IMG/VR virus record: IMGVR_UViG_3300025093_000002
Span: 1 to 64,000 of that record
Reading direction: 5' to 3' (one strand)
Length of the DNA: 64,000 nt
From: a virus
The position numbers were made by a program, and so were the translations under genes. Below the pieces are notes generated by a model, which searched no databases, had not been told where the DNA came from, and saw nothing but the letters and a program-made list of their open reading frames with translations. This document shows, in pieces, positions 26,959-36,690 of the stretch (position 1 is its first letter; each line of letters begins with the position of its first letter).

Positions 26959-27153
26959 ATGCCGCGCCTTTCAAACACAGCACCGAACCGAATTCTTGCT
27001 GCCGATGTGACAATCTTGCAGCGAGACCCGCTTCTTGCCCTGCTCAATCTCGAAACCGACGATGGCGCTATCGAACTGGCAATGAGCCAAGGCGTCGTGG
27101 ACATGCTTTTCGAGGTTCTCGCGGGGCTGGATGAAAGTGGTCGCCAGATTTAG
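26959..27153 (+). CDS. Hypothetical moron
   Basis: GGAGG RBS, 64 aa. Confidence 0.5.
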   Translation: MPRLSNTAPNRILAADVTILQRDPLLALLNLETDDGAIELAMSQGVVDMLFEVLAGLDESGRQI

Positions 27154-27206
27154 GACCAAATCACCCCAGCTACCATACACCTATCATACTCGCGTGAAGG
27201 GTCAAC

Positions 27207-28145
27207 TCATTTCCGCACAGCGATGCGGTCTGGCTGTGCATAATTCGTCATAAGCCACATGACCGCCAAATCCTCTAGATGGCCCCGTAGAGCGTCCGTG
27301 GTGCTGTATCGAGCACGCTGGCTAGGTCCTGCTACCTCTTCGATAGAACGGCCCTCACCGGCGATTGCAGCGACCAGACGATACCCGCGAAGACCGATGT
27401 AAACGCGGCACCTGTCCAACTCTTGCGCAGCCGTTACAAGACGGTCACTGATGGGGTCACGATAACCACCGCCGTCAACCGGCTCGCGGGTGTAGTCCAT
27501 AGCACCAGCGCCGGCTCCACCTGTTTGCTCCCAGAACTTCCTAAAACGTTCAGCAGCGCGAACCTGGGCAGGATGCAGCAGACCACGCGCCTCAAGCGTC
27601 GAGATGGCACTTTCCTTGATGTTGCGAGTGGCCGGAATACGACGGATGTTGCCGTACTTTCCCTCTGGGTGGTCACGGGAAAAATCGGGGTTGTCGACCA
27701 CATCGGTGATGGTCTCAATCTTGGACGGTAGGGCCTTTATCGCCTTCATTTCGTCGCGGTCCAGCTTGGCGCTTGCGGCGCGGGCGTCTGCCCTTGCCCA
27801 TGCGTCCGCAACGCGCGTATCCTCGACAGGAGCAGCTTTGCGCTCGACCAGTTTCAGCAGGTCCGACAAGCACCCATACGGGCGCCAACTGTTCTTGCCC
27901 TTTTCGCGGAACTTCCGGCTTTTCACCGCAAGAACGATATGCCCGACCTGAAGCCCATCATCTGCCTCGATAGGCTCGTGCCCGCACTCAAGAACCTCTA
28001 GCGCGCGTTGAAGGCGGGGAATGCCACCGCTACCTGTCCCGCCCGCGCATCGGTCGTCCGCATCCATCTGTGCCCGCGCTTGGTCCAGCGCAGTGCGATA
28101 GGTCGCCATGTCCGCCAGTCGATAAGTCTCGCCGCATTTCAGCAT
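27207..28145 (-). CDS. Putative late-transcription regulator (DUF6456-like, Q position)
   Basis: RGLLHPAQVRAAERFR...MDYTREPVDGG...EGRSIEEVA; last early gene before packaging. Confidence 0.65.
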   Translation of the reverse strand: MLKCGETYRLADMATYRTALDQARAQMDADDRCAGGTGSGGIPRLQRALEVLECGHEPIEADDGLQVGHIVLAVKSRKFREKGKNSWRPYGCLSDLLKLVERKAAPVEDTRVADAWARADARAASAKLDRDEMKAIKALPSKIETITDVVDNPDFSRDHPEGKYGNIRRIPATRNIKESAISTLEARGLLHPAQVRAAERFRKFWEQTGGAGAGAMDYTREPVDGGGYRDPISDRLVTAAQELDRCRVYIGLRGYRLVAAIAGEGRSIEEVAGPSQRARYSTTDALRGHLEDLAVMWLMTNYAQPDRIAVRK

Positions 28146-28187
28146 CTGCCTTCGCCGCCCTCTTCTTTGCCGCCGCTCTTTGCCTGA

Positions 28188-28673
28188 TTACCGTGCTGGC
28201 CGTAGATATCGCCCGTCTGCCGCCCGCCTCTTTCGATGCGCAGCAACGCCGTGCATCACCGTCGTGTGGTCTTTGCCGCCAAGCCGATGACCGACCTGAG
28301 GCAGCGAGAACCGCGTCTGGCGGATGGCCCAATACATGATTGCGTGCCGGGCCTTCACGACCTGTCTGTTGCGCCGCTCGGATATGATTTCGGCCGGGTG
28401 AACTCCGAACACCTTGCAGATGCGGGCCATGATGATGGCAATGCGCTGGTTCTGTGCGCCGTAGCTGAAGCGCTGGAGAACCGCGCTTGCTTGCTGCGCT
28501 TCCATGGCCGCCATCTTGCGACGGGCTGCGATGCGCTCCATCTCCGCGACTTCCGAGCGCATCATGACGACGGCCGGCAGCTCGCGCTTGGCGACTGGCT
28601 CCATTTCGCGCTGCGGGTTCGATACCTTGAAGCGCGCATTCGCCATGGTCTTGGATGAACTGACTGCGAACAT
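28188..28673 (-). CDS. DnaA C-terminal (domain IV) HTH protein
   Basis: RRNRQVVKARHAIMY...SLPQVGHRLGGKDHTTVMHG. Confidence 0.85.
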   Translation of the reverse strand: MFAVSSSKTMANARFKVSNPQREMEPVAKRELPAVVMMRSEVAEMERIAARRKMAAMEAQQASAVLQRFSYGAQNQRIAIIMARICKVFGVHPAEIISERRNRQVVKARHAIMYWAIRQTRFSLPQVGHRLGGKDHTTVMHGVAAHRKRRAADGRYLRPAR

Positions 28674-28678
28674 ACTCG

Positions 28679-29047
28679 TTACCCCTGTGCTGCTATCGGC
28701 CCGAGCAGCTTGCGCACCTGAGCGCGCCGCGCGGCCATCTGTTCTTCGGTGAGTTGTGGAATGTCTTCGGATGCCTCTTTCTCGGCTTCCGTGGGCGGGT
28801 TCTTCATGGCGAACTCCTGCCGGCGCGCTTCCTTGGCGAACTCTGCCGTGGAAGGCGCATAGCGGAGCGTATCGCCCGGAACTTCGCCGCGAATGTATCG
28901 GCGGCACGTCTCGATGACGGCGCTCTGGTCGATGCCCTTCACTGCGATTTCAAACGCCATGAGCAATCCCTTCGGGTCAGTGTCTTTGGATAGGGGCCGT
29001 GAGTTCAAAAGGAGCAGGAGCGCTTTCGCGGCTGTGTCCATAGCCAT
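28679..29047 (-). CDS. Putative helicase loader (lambda P-like position)
   Basis: YAPSTAEF motif; overlaps the replication-initiator fragment. Confidence 0.55.
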   Translation of the reverse strand: MAMDTAAKALLLLLNSRPLSKDTDPKGLLMAFEIAVKGIDQSAVIETCRRYIRGEVPGDTLRYAPSTAEFAKEARRQEFAMKNPPTEAEKEASEDIPQLTEEQMAARRAQVRKLLGPIAAQG

Positions 29048-29372
29048 TCTCCAGAAGGTCGTAGGCGGCGCCGAATACGCCTCGCGGGCGCTCGCGCTGG
29101 GTTGGTTCGGGTTCGTCCTCCCACCGGCCCTGATGCAGCCATGTGCGGGCGTGAGGGATGAATTGAGGGTCTTTGGCAGTGAGCGCCGGAAGCTGGCGGC
29201 GAAGGCCCTGAATGATGTCACTCGGGCTCGTGCCGCGCTTCATTTCCTTCTGCCACTCTGCCAATGCGGCGCGCTTGGCTACCCGGCGCGGATACAGGCT
29301 CCAGAACACGTCGAACGTGGCCTTTGCTTCTGCCTCTGCGTCTTCACGTGCAAATCGCTCGGCAAGTCCCAT
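28977..29372 (-). CDS. Phage replication initiator, C-terminal domain only
   Basis: FDVFWSLYPRRVAKRAA...FIPHARTWLHQGRWEDE; no N-terminal HTH. Confidence 0.7.
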   Translation of the reverse strand: MGLAERFAREDAEAEAKATFDVFWSLYPRRVAKRAALAEWQKEMKRGTSPSDIIQGLRRQLPALTAKDPQFIPHARTWLHQGRWEDEPEPTQRERPRGVFGAAYDLLENGYGHSRESAPAPFELTAPIQRH

Positions 29373-29649
29373 TGTTAAGACCTCATTATCTGCTTAATCA
29401 TCAATTACGTGGATGAAGGCGTAGAACCCGGCTAGGGCGCCCAACAAGTAGCTTTGGTTGCCGATCAGGATGCCGGAACAGAAGACGACTATGGTGAGAG
29501 CGGCACGCTCTTTGCGGCGGGTCATCGAGTACGAGCCGCTTCAGCAAAGGCGTGGATGACCTCGAATGACACCGCCATGCAGGTCCACGCGAAAGCGCCG
29601 GCCAGACCCAAACAGAACGCACCAATCGCGAACTCAAGGAGCTTGCTTC

Positions 29650-30962
29650 TCATCGCGCGCCCCTTTGCCGACGCGCATGGTCGTCGCGCATAATCTGGTT
29701 CAGTTTCTCGACCTGCCTCGCCTCGTCAGGCTCCCATAGAGCGGAGGCTAAGGGCTGGTACCAAGGCCAGTGCCCGTAAAGAGCGCGGACCCAACAACAT
29801 CCGAAAAGAACCGCCGGCGCCGTGATAAGGATAAGCAACCCAATCATCGGCCTGCCTCGTCGTCTGCTAAGAGCGGCGCTCCGGGAGCGTAGATCGGTGC
29901 GCGCTCGACGCTGGCATCGACGACAGCGAACACGACCAGAACCGCGACAATCAACATCCCAAGCAGCATCGGCATGAACATCGCTTCAGCAGCCTTCTCG
30001 GCTCGCTTGCTGCGTTCAAGGCGCTCGATTAGCTCTTGGGTTGTGAGATGGCTTAGATCGGTTCTCATAACGGCGCCTCATCGTCAGGCGTCATGGGCCG
30101 GCGCGGAGCCTTTTCCCAATCAAGGATGAGCTGCGCTCGCTCTTCCCCGGTCATCTTTGAAGAACCGGGCAGCCAATCGAAATGGACGCGCTGAACACCC
30201 TTCTCCAACCACATGTAAGCCACCTTCCGGCCAACAGGCCCGAGCATGTTTCGGAACGCCGTCAGCATGTAATTCAGGTCAGTGATTTTGCGCCGCAGCA
30301 TCAACTCTTGCGCTTCGAGTCTTTCAACCTTGAGTTCCAGCCGCTCGATTTCTAAACTCATATCGACAAGCGTATCGACTACCTGGGTGTTTTGCTCGTA
30401 GCTCATGCCTGCCTCGCTTTAGTCATGGCCGCGTAGACGCGGCGGATGGTTTCTGAGGGTGACGGGTAGTCGGCAAACGGCGTGATGGCGGTTACGCCAT
30501 TCTCGCGCATCACGTTCATCGCTTCCTCTAAGCCGGCGAGAACCATCGCGTCGGTCGGCTTGTCATGAAGCGTCGCCGAGATCGGGGCGAAATCGTAGTA
30601 GTGCGCGCTGGGAAGCTGCCCCTTCCTAACGTCGTCCTTGTGTCCGCTGCCGCCACAATACGGGCACGACATGCCGACATCGTTCCCGTCGGGTGATAGA
30701 CTGGTTCTCATTTTTCGCCCTCAGTAGAGAGAGCCGCGTCGACCATATGGGTGTAGATGCCCGTCCAATCGTCTGCGGTCTTTAACGATGCATAGCCGGA
30801 AGCAATCATCTCGGACGTGGGCTCGCGCATCGCCTTTATCGCGGCTCGGGCAAGTCGCAACTCAAGGCGTTCATTGCCCTTGAGATGATGGGCTAAAGCG
30901 CCGAAGTTCTTGCCTTCTTCCAAAATGGCCTTGCCGACCTTCTCAACCATGCCTTGGTTCAT
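29650..30962 (-). CDS. Cluster of five coupled small hypothetical genes (29650-29847, 29844-30068, 30065-30406, 30403-30711, 30708-30962)
   Basis: Consecutive ATGA overlaps in the rightward early operon. Confidence 0.6.
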
Positions 30963-31264
30963 GCCGCCCTCTCCTGCTCTGAAGCCACCTGAACGGCCCA
31001 ATCGATTGCGTCCTGCGCGCTGCGAAGAATGACCACGTCAGGTCCGCGCCATTTGTCCGCGAACGCCTGCTGGTTCTCGTTCAGCTTCTTCCCGTAGCCT
31101 TTGGCGCTCGACTTCACCTCGACAGGCCAGCAGCGGCCACGGAAGCCCACCAAGGCGTCAACAGGCCGGTCCAGCGGCTCGACGCTGAACCCGCACTGGC
31201 GCAGCGCCGCGAAGACTTCCTTCTCGGCAACGTCACGGCGCTTGGCGTAGCGGTTCAGGCTCAC
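30959..31264 (-). CDS. VRR-NUC/PD-(D/E)xK nuclease (Holliday resolvase-like)
   Basis: YAKRRD...PVDALVGFRG...VEVK...LNENQ; GTG start at 31264. Confidence 0.75.
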   Translation of the reverse strand: MSLNRYAKRRDVAEKEVFAALRQCGFSVEPLDRPVDALVGFRGRCWPVEVKSSAKGYGKKLNENQQAFADKWRGPDVVILRSAQDAIDWAVQVASEQERAA

Positions 31265-31315
31265 TCGTCGTTCTCCGTCATTTCGGGGCAGATCCATGCA
31301 GCGAGGCCAGCAGCC

Positions 31316-31711
31316 TTATCTCGCAGCCAGATCGCAATCTTCATCCGCCGTTCGACGCTCAAGAAGCGCACGATAACGGGCGGTCTGTTCAATGAATGCG
31401 GCATGGTCTTTCCTCGCTCTTGAGAGTTTCGCGCGATTGGCTTTCGCCACCTCAGCCGCCCTGTGAAGTTCAAGCATTTCCCGAAATTCGACGTGCGCGG
31501 CTTCCTTGTGCCAGAAGCTTCGGACGCGCCGTTCGGTCCATTGTTTCCGTGGGTCATTGCGGTAGGGGAAAAGCTTGGCGAGCAGCTCGTAAGCCGTGCC
31601 GATGGTGGCTTTGACGTTGCCGCCACCGCCGATTTCCCTGACGTATGACCGTGCCATAGCTACGTCGTGCATGTGCTTCTGCTCGTCCGTAAACGCGGGT
31701 GACTTGTCCAT
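31316..31711 (-). CDS. Hypothetical early regulator
   Basis: WTERRVRSFWHKEA HTH-like segment. Confidence 0.55.
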   Translation of the reverse strand: MDKSPAFTDEQKHMHDVAMARSYVREIGGGGNVKATIGTAYELLAKLFPYRNDPRKQWTERRVRSFWHKEAAHVEFREMLELHRAAEVAKANRAKLSRARKDHAAFIEQTARYRALLERRTADEDCDLAAR

Positions 31712-32066
31712 GATTGCGGGCGTCCTTTCGGTCCATGTTGCTGTTCATGAGCAACACGCCTGACGAAAGGAAGACTGACGTGGATACCTTCGGACGAGAC
31801 GCGCGAGACCTGCCTGCAAGCGATGACGCGCGCCGTTCCGGTGAAATGGCTGCCGGGGCCATAGAAACGCCGGCTGTAATTCTGGACTGGCATTACGCCA
31901 GATCGCCTTTCGCTATGGAGCTTGCTCGCGAGAGGCTTGGTTTGCTTGGCACCGCCGCGCCGAGCACAGGAGACGGAACCGACATGTGGTCCCAGTACGG
32001 TTCCGTCTCCGCCCCTGCTCCGGTCGCCGCAAACTGCAATAGGCGTCTGTGGGTGGTGCGCTGATG

Positions 32067-32699
32067 TCATGCTGCGACCTCGAACAGGTCTGCCTTGACG
32101 TTGCTGCCCCACTGGTCGGCCATAGCCGCAGCAATGCCGGCGAACGTCTCGGAGCGGAGCTTCTTACGGTCAGCGGAAGGAGGCATACGGAAGACACGCT
32201 GCTCACGGCCCTCGACAACATTGGTCGGGACGAGCGCCGGAAGATTTTTCAGCCAGAGGCTGGTGGCCTTAGTCTCACCATGACCAAACTGCCATGGTTG
32301 GATTGTCTGCGTCGGGTCCGGGATGCCAAACAGCCGCTTAGGATGCCCAAGCATGATGGGGTTCTCGACCGCGATGCGCGGGATTGGAGCGTTCCAGAGC
32401 AGCATGAAGAACTGCGCAGCCGCACCCATCTTAGCCCATCGGTCGGCTTCCGGGCCATTGTCCTTGTTCATGCCCGCGTAGAGATGCTTGGCCCCGCTGT
32501 TGGCGAGGTAGGTGCATTCTGGGTGGGCAATCATCAAATCCCAGCGCTGCCCATAGGCAGCGGCTATCGCATCGCCATGAATGTGGAACTGGCTGCCGTC
32601 ATCGGCCGGTTGGATATCGCAGGACCAGGCGTCGTGGCCACGCTCACGAAAAGCGCGGCGGACAGCACCCGAACACTCGCAGGCGACGAGAACACGCAT
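32067..32699 (-). CDS. Short DNA cytosine methyltransferase-like protein
   Basis: VLVACECSG (motif I), HPECT (PC-like motif), ENP, QPWQFGH. Confidence 0.8.
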   Translation of the reverse strand: MRVLVACECSGAVRRAFRERGHDAWSCDIQPADDGSQFHIHGDAIAAAYGQRWDLMIAHPECTYLANSGAKHLYAGMNKDNGPEADRWAKMGAAAQFFMLLWNAPIPRIAVENPIMLGHPKRLFGIPDPTQTIQPWQFGHGETKATSLWLKNLPALVPTNVVEGREQRVFRMPPSADRKKLRSETFAGIAAAMADQWGSNVKADLFEVAA

Positions 32700-33919
32700 T
32701 CAGACAGCCCCCGCCCTACGCGCCACGTCTTCAGGGCTGCGCATGGTGTAGCGAACGGCGTGGTATTCATCGCCGCTGAGCTCGATGTAGCCGGGACGCG
32801 CGCTCTGACGGGGCTTCTTCCAAGCGGTGAACGCCTTGCGGGCTTCCCAGCCAATCATGGCCGCGCCGATAGAAACGCAGACGAGCAACCAGACGATTTC
32901 GTTGAAGTGCTGTTCCATCTACTCGCCCTCGTTTTCGTAAGGTGCGTTCCAGCCGGGTATCTGGCGGGCTTTGCTGCCGGAGGTGATGCGTTCGTGCGCG
33001 TCTCGGATGTCGCCGTCCCATTCGCGCGATGCTGCGATGATGCTCTCGCACCGGTTGCGCTCTGCCTGGATAGCCTTGGCGATAGCTTCGAGAACATCGG
33101 CCTTGAACGGCGCGCGTTGGGGCATGGCCTCTACAGCGGCAGCAGCGGTTGTCAGGATATCGGCGGGCATGTTCTTGAGCATCTACTCGTCCTCGCCTTT
33201 GAGCTGCTTGTGAACGCGGTTGCGCTCGGCAAGGATGGCCGCGACGGCAACACGAACCAGAGGCGTCTTATCGTGTCCGCCAAGACGTATGCGGTCGTGG
33301 GTTTTGAAGTCGTCCGGTGGCGGGCATCCAATGACGGCTTCACGGGCGGCACACAAAACTGCTGCGTCAACTCGTTCGTCGCTCATATGGTCGCTCCATG
33401 AAGACGGGTCGCGGCACGGACTTGGGGTTGGTTTTCGAGGAACGTCCGAGCCATGCCGCTCATCGAAGGCGCACAGGACGAGAGAAGATCGCGCGAGTGT
33501 TCACGCCCTTCGATGTTGAGATTTGCGCCCCTGACGACCTGGAGGAGGAAGCCGCCAGGGGCATTCCACGTCGCCGGGAGGAGCGAGCGCGTGGATGGGT
33601 GATTGGTGTGGAGAGGCATGGGTCAGCGCTCCCCGGCTTCGGAGAGGATTGCTGCTGCAATGCGCTGGCCATGGCGATACCAGCTTGGTCCGAATGCATA
33701 GGCGTTAGTTTCCGGGCCTACACCCTCGGAGCGCGCTATCTCGGCCGCGCGCTTCATGCCTTCTGCGAAACAGCCGTTCAGATGACCTGCGATGTAGTCA
33801 CGCATTTCGGCATGCGACATCGGTGCGCTCAAGACGTGCGCCATTTCACGCGCGAGTTCCGCCCTATCTTTGCTTGGGGTGCCGGTCATGCGCTCGTTCC
33901 GGTCGGTGTTCTCGCTCAT
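32700..33919 (-). CDS. Cluster of small hypothetical genes (32700-32918, 32919-33182, 33183-33386, 33623-33919)
   Basis: Tightly packed ORFs in operon orientation. Confidence 0.55.
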
Positions 33920-34209
33920 GACGAGGCCTGTTCGATGGAGGGGGTATGAGCGGGAGGGGTGGGAAGAGGCATCCAGTGCGTGAATGTGTCGGCTTCGAAG
34001 TTGTCGCCAGCCTCATATGCTTCGGCGTAGCTATCGCGGACGTACGGGTCATAAGTGTCGTCAGGCCACACCCACAACTGCGCCTCAGCGTTCCATGCGA
34101 CGAAGACGAGCGGCGACGAAGTGCCGAAAGTGGACGGCTCACGATAGGCCAAGATTGGCGTCCCGTTCTTCGGCGCGGTCTCAATCGGCTTCCAGGTGTT
34201 CTCGCTCAT
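33916..34209 (-). CDS. DUF551-like protein
   Basis: WKPIETAPKNGT...THWMPLPTPP. Confidence 0.8.
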   Translation of the reverse strand: MSENTWKPIETAPKNGTPILAYREPSTFGTSSPLVFVAWNAEAQLWVWPDDTYDPYVRDSYAEAYEAGDNFEADTFTHWMPLPTPPAHTPSIEQASS

Positions 34210-34249
34210 GCGATGGCTTCCTTTCCGGTAGTGGTGGGGAGGGAAATGC

Positions 34250-34684
34250 TCATGCGGCGTTCTGCTCAAAATCTTCCGATTGAACCGAACCAGACCGATC
34301 GACGCCGCTTTCGAAGATCCACTGCCGAAATTGAGAAGGCTCAACGTGGGACTTGATGAACTCAAGCAAAGCGCGATCACGAGCGGATTGCAGTTCTTCC
34401 CGCCGCGCGCGCTCAATGCGTCCGCGCTTATGGGTGATGAGTTGCAGCGCCGTTCTCTTATATTTGAGCGAACGCCTGGCACGAGCAGGCCACGTCGGGT
34501 CCGAGAAACGGCAGACGCCGAGAGCCTTCAACTCCAGCTCGTACTCAATCTCTGCGACGGCCGACTGGAGATAGGCATAGGCGTCGTTGCAGTCTTCGAC
34601 TGTTTCGATTTCATCGACAGACCAACCAGCCGCGATTTCGATGTCGGGGATGAAGATGTCCTCGAGGTGCTGGCTCTCGCTCAT
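34250..34684 (-). CDS. Hypothetical protein
   Basis: 144-aa ORF coupled to the upstream gene. Confidence 0.6.
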   Translation of the reverse strand: MSESQHLEDIFIPDIEIAAGWSVDEIETVEDCNDAYAYLQSAVAEIEYELELKALGVCRFSDPTWPARARRSLKYKRTALQLITHKRGRIERARREELQSARDRALLEFIKSHVEPSQFRQWIFESGVDRSGSVQSEDFEQNAA

Positions 34685-35211
34685 GCTGCGGCTTCCCCTT
34701 GGCGTGTTGCGCGGGCGGGGTCCTGCTCATGAAGCGAGCTGATGTAATCCGGCAGTTTCCCGTCGCGAAGCAGGCGGCGGAACATCACGCGGGCGGCGAG
34801 GCCATACCCGGCATGGGTCTGCGCTTTCGCGGAAATCTCGAACGTCTGGAGCGAGCCGTATCCGAGCTCGGCGTATGCACGTTCACGCCCGCCGAACTCT
34901 TCGACAAGCTCATCGAACGGGAGCTTGGGCGACGGGCCTTCGTCCTTCGGCAACCAAAACGGCTGCCGGCGCGATGCGTCGATGATGAACTGCCAGATGG
35001 GCGGCGAGGACTTGAACCAACCACGCTCAATGCGGATCGGATCGAAGCACTGGAGAAGAATGGCTTCTCCGAGGAAAGCGCCCTTCAACTGCAACATCAT
35101 TTCGATGCCACCGGGAAGCCAAGTCCCCAAGGTCCGCTTGCGGGCATTCACGTCGGCAGATGCGCCGATGCGGATAGGTCCGCCATTCGTGGGCTGGGCG
35201 ACGTAAATCAT
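34681..35211 (-). CDS. GIY-YIG/T5orf172-like protein, degenerate
   Basis: IYVAQ...IRIGASADVNAR...EAILLQCF...RGWF. Confidence 0.65.
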   Translation of the reverse strand: MIYVAQPTNGGPIRIGASADVNARKRTLGTWLPGGIEMMLQLKGAFLGEAILLQCFDPIRIERGWFKSSPPIWQFIIDASRRQPFWLPKDEGPSPKLPFDELVEEFGGRERAYAELGYGSLQTFEISAKAQTHAGYGLAARVMFRRLLRDGKLPDYISSLHEQDPARATRQGEAAA

Positions 35212-35441
35212 GCCGCCACCGACCGACGCTTGGCCTCGTCCGCCTCAATCCAGTCCATAACGCGCTGGAAGCTCTCGATGCGAAAATTCCGGCCGTTCTT
35301 CACCTCGGCCAGAAACTTGCTGTCGTTGACGGCTTCTTTCGACATGCCCGAAAAGCTCAGGCCGTATCGACTTGCGTGCGCCTCCGCTCGTTCAAGGAGC
35401 TTCTGGCGGATGAGGTCGGAGGTGATGTGCTTCGTCTTCAT
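35208..35441 (-). CDS. cro: Cro-like repressor
   Basis: Small HTH divergent from cI; KEAVNDSKF motif. Confidence 0.75.
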   Translation of the reverse strand: MKTKHITSDLIRQKLLERAEAHASRYGLSFSGMSKEAVNDSKFLAEVKNGRNFRIESFQRVMDWIEADEAKRRSVAA

Positions 35442-35447
35442 AACCCC

Positions 35448-35524
35448 ATATGGCGGGACGCATCCCGAAAAGTCAAGGGACGCATCCCGCTACCGTCAAA
35501 ATATTTTTCATGGGATGGAATCCC
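35448..35524. promoter_or_regulatory. OR operators (GGGACGCATCCC at 35455-35466 and 35477-35488; imperfect third at 35512-35524) and leftward promoter TTGACT-N17-CCATAT
   Basis: Palindromic GGGA-N4-TCCC repeats between divergent cro and cI. Confidence 0.75.
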
Positions 35525-35526
35525 GC

Positions 35527-36198
35527 ATGAATGACGCGATGCACAAACGAATCAAGGAACGGCTTGAAAGCCTTGGGATGTCCGCAGCGGCGGCTTCAAG
35601 GAAGGCCGGCCTGTCGCCCGACTTCATTCGGGACATGATGCGGAAAGGTGCTAGGCCAGGAGCGGAAAACCTCGCCAAGTTGGCGAAGACGTTAAAAACG
35701 TCGCCCGAATATTTACTCCAAGGTAACGAGCCAACGCGGACCATAGACGTAGTTGGGATGCCGGTGATCGGGGTAATCGAGGCGGGGCAGTTTCGAGACA
35801 TCACGCTCATCAATCAGGACGAAGAGTATCCGATGGTGAACGTCGTGCAGGACGATCGCTTTCCGCATGCTCGGCAATACGCGCTGAGGGTGAGCGGCGA
35901 TTCGATGAACAAACTATTCCCGGATGGCAGCTACGCGATTTGCGCGGAGTTTGCCGATACTGGCATGCGCCTGAAGGACGGCCTGGTGCTGCACGTCGAG
36001 CGCTACATCGCAGGGACGCACCTCGTGGAGACGACGTTGAAGCAGGTCGAAAGCTCGAACGGAAAGCGCTTCCTTGCGCCGCGAAGCACTAATCCTCGTC
36101 ACAAGCCCGTCGAGATAACCGAAGACACCGACTTGTCCGAACTCAAGGTGCGCGGCCTCGTCATTGGCAGCTACACTCCCCAGCATTTCGGCTTCTGA
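35527..36198 (+). CDS. cI: CI-like repressor (HTH plus S24 peptidase); alternative start 35515
   Basis: N-terminal HTH; ALRVSGDSM catalytic Ser; TTLKQ catalytic Lys. Confidence 0.9.
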   Translation: MNDAMHKRIKERLESLGMSAAAASRKAGLSPDFIRDMMRKGARPGAENLAKLAKTLKTSPEYLLQGNEPTRTIDVVGMPVIGVIEAGQFRDITLINQDEEYPMVNVVQDDRFPHARQYALRVSGDSMNKLFPDGSYAICAEFADTGMRLKDGLVLHVERYIAGTHLVETTLKQVESSNGKRFLAPRSTNPRHKPVEITEDTDLSELKVRGLVIGSYTPQHFGF

Positions 36199-36201
36199 GC
36201 A

Positions 36202-36297
36202 TTGCGTCTAATTTTTAGACGGTAGATATACGGTCCTTATCTTTCTTCTCTAAGAGTTAGATATAGAGACCATATATCTTGCGTCTAATTTTTAGAC
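36202..36297. repeat. Two 19-bp direct repeats TTGCGTCTAATTTTTAGAC (36202-36220, 36279-36297) around an AT-rich spacer; candidate origin
   Basis: Exact repeat, each with the internal dyad GTCTAA-TTT-TTAGAC; spacer contains TAGATATA twice. Confidence 0.8.
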
Positions 36298-36677
36298 TCA
36301 ATGGTTTTGCGAGGGCGCTTCCCGTTCGGCGGGTTCTTTCGCACTTTGGCGACGAACGGCTTCGTCCGCTCTCTCACCCACTTCTCATCCCCCATGAACG
36401 GCATCGTGTAGATCTGGCTCTCCGCGTGATAGCGGGTGATGAGCAGGAAGCCGGCTTCCTCAAGCTCGACTAGCGCGGTCGCCAGCGTCGTGCGGCTCAT
36501 GTGCGCGTGCTTCGTCAACCAGGTGTAGCTGGGCTTCAACTCTTCCCTCGCCTCTGGCTGAAAGAACGTCGCGAATAGCAGGCCGACGCGCACCGCGCTC
36601 GCGCCCACTTCATTGCACCGCGCGAGCTCGTAGAGCCAATCGACGCGGTTCTGGTTCCATCGCTGCACATAATCCAT
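36285..36677 (-). CDS. Winged-helix (HTH_36-like) protein resembling a replication-initiator N-terminus
   Basis: KPSYTWLTKHAHMSRTTLATALVELEEAGFL. Confidence 0.7.
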   Translation of the reverse strand: MDYVQRWNQNRVDWLYELARCNEVGASAVRVGLLFATFFQPEAREELKPSYTWLTKHAHMSRTTLATALVELEEAGFLLITRYHAESQIYTMPFMGDEKWVRERTKPFVAKVRKNPPNGKRPRKTIESKN

Positions 36678-36690
36678 CCCTCGCTTGTAA

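Noticed and set aside
32067-32699. Restriction-modification system
   Set aside because: Orphan methyltransferase-like gene with no adjacent cognate endonuclease; common phage cargo.
34699-36198. 499-aa repressor fusion
   Set aside because: The first 270 or so codons are the antisense of cro and the GIY-YIG gene and cross the operators; the HTH begins at 35515/35527.
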